A stretch of 64,000 nt of DNA, taken from assembly GCA_041738675.1 (NCBI GenBank), contig JBGSPH010000059.1, forward strand, positions 30,086 to 94,085, read 5' to 3'. The position numbers and the translations under genes were made by a program. A model generated the notes under the pieces. The model saw nothing but the letters and a program-made list of their open reading frames with translations. It was not told the origin of the DNA and did not search any database. Below are positions 63,824-64,000 of this stretch, one piece after another. The stretch comes from Ignavibacteriaceae bacterium. Lineage in GTDB: Bacteria > Bacteroidota > Ignavibacteria > Ignavibacteriales > Ignavibacteriaceae. How positions within the stretch are numbered: the first letter of the stretch is position 1; the number at the start of each line of letters is the position of its first letter.

Positions 63824-63891
63824 CTTCTCCGTGTTACTCTGTGTAAAAAATTATTTCACGGAGAACATAAGAGGATTCACAGAGAACCACT
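63824..63891. repeat. ORF-less member of the CAC(A/G)GAG repeat family in the tdh-kbl spacer
   Basis: TTCTCCGTG (63826-63834) pairs with CACGGAGAA (63858-63866). Additional CTCTGTG and CACAGAGAACCAC cores are present. These are the same core words as the arms flanking the GxxExxY gene. Confidence 0.6.
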
Positions 63892-63923
63892 CAGTATAAA
63901 ATAAATTAAAATGGAAAGAATGA

Positions 63924-64000
63924 ATGAACAACTCAACTAAACAGCATTACTCAGAGATTCTAACTAACATTGAAAAAGAAGGACTCTTCAAAAAAGAAAG
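63924..64000 (+). CDS. kbl: Glycine C-acetyltransferase (2-amino-3-ketobutyrate CoA ligase), N-terminal fragment at the window edge
   Basis: My own translation gives MNNSTKQHYSEILTNIEKEGLFKKE, which parallels the E. coli Kbl N-terminus (..LTNDLETARAEGLFKEE). It sits in the canonical tdh-kbl pairing. Confidence 0.7.
   Translation, partial: MNNSTKQHYSEILTNIEKEGLFKKE

Noticed and set aside
1-64000. A window-wide look for CRISPR arrays, rRNA or tRNA genes, integrases, phage structural genes, toxin-antitoxin pairs and known defence systems (RM, CBASS, retron RT and others).
   Set aside because: I saw no regularly spaced direct repeats, no cloverleaf-like GC-rich segments, and no recombinase, reverse transcriptase or methylase-nuclease pairs. 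The only mobile-element signature is the REP/RAYT locus. This was a search by eye and not exhaustive.

Overview
This is a gene-dense, AT-rich chromosomal segment (roughly one-third GC by eye). It holds about 65 credible CDS, around 90% on the minus strand. I found no rRNA, tRNA, CRISPR array, integrase or prophage. Most content is housekeeping with FCB-superphylum hallmarks: a fused lpxC-fabZ, a uppS-bamA-skp-skp-lpxD-lpxC/fabZ-lpxA block, and few Shine-Dalgarno sequences. Together with nrfHA this suggests an Ignavibacteria-like organism, which is inference only. Main blocks: (1) 1-4120 holds Rrf2 regulator, NapH-like polyferredoxin, hemerythrin-like protein, nrfH and nrfA (truncated at the window edge). 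Two near-identical palindromes sit just upstream of the first two start codons. (2) 4172-9350 holds ACP, ADP-forming acyl-CoA synthetase, nagB and a DUF4954-like beta-helix protein. (3) 9590-14218 holds a cupin, a CDP-alcohol phosphatidyltransferase, YihY and purL. (4) 14268-15692 is a REP/RAYT locus: an intact Y1 (HUH) transposase flanked by inverted REP hairpins, two tiny membrane-protein genes, and a decayed RAYT 3' fragment flanked by two more REPs. (5) 15709-23003 is housekeeping: exonuclease, thioesterase, ltaE, lnt, dedA, ispF, acyP, an EamA transporter and era. (6) 23204-24816 is an ECF sigma/anti-sigma operon and a divergent small membrane-protein gene, each preceded by the same -35/-10 pair at the same spacing. 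(7) 24852-30097 holds trxB, queG, Rieske, MBL hydrolase, ferredoxin, and LemA-TPM. (8) 30221-33485 holds acyl-CoA dehydrogenase, an atypical exported YidD-domain protein, and two paralogous TPR-plus-membrane proteins. (9) 33637-39687 holds rlmN, a trmH-family gene, an AlbA_2/wHTH protein, a TPR lipoprotein and a propeller protein. (10) 39745-48328 is the lipid A and outer-membrane biogenesis block. (11) 48444-49917 is a compact lexA / WYL-like / degenerate PD-(D/E)xK-like unit with promoter-overlapping palindromes and a terminator. This is my best candidate for an undescribed system. (12) 49952-64000 holds phoA, ilvE, mlaE, a multi-PAS hybrid kinase, a GH13 pullulanase, a 7TM protein, fumC and tdh-kbl. 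It also holds a GxxExxY gene exactly bracketed by about 38-bp imperfect inverted repeats. Three families of short dispersed repeat or hairpin elements punctuate the intergenic regions. All protein calls come from reading motifs in the supplied translations; no database search was run.
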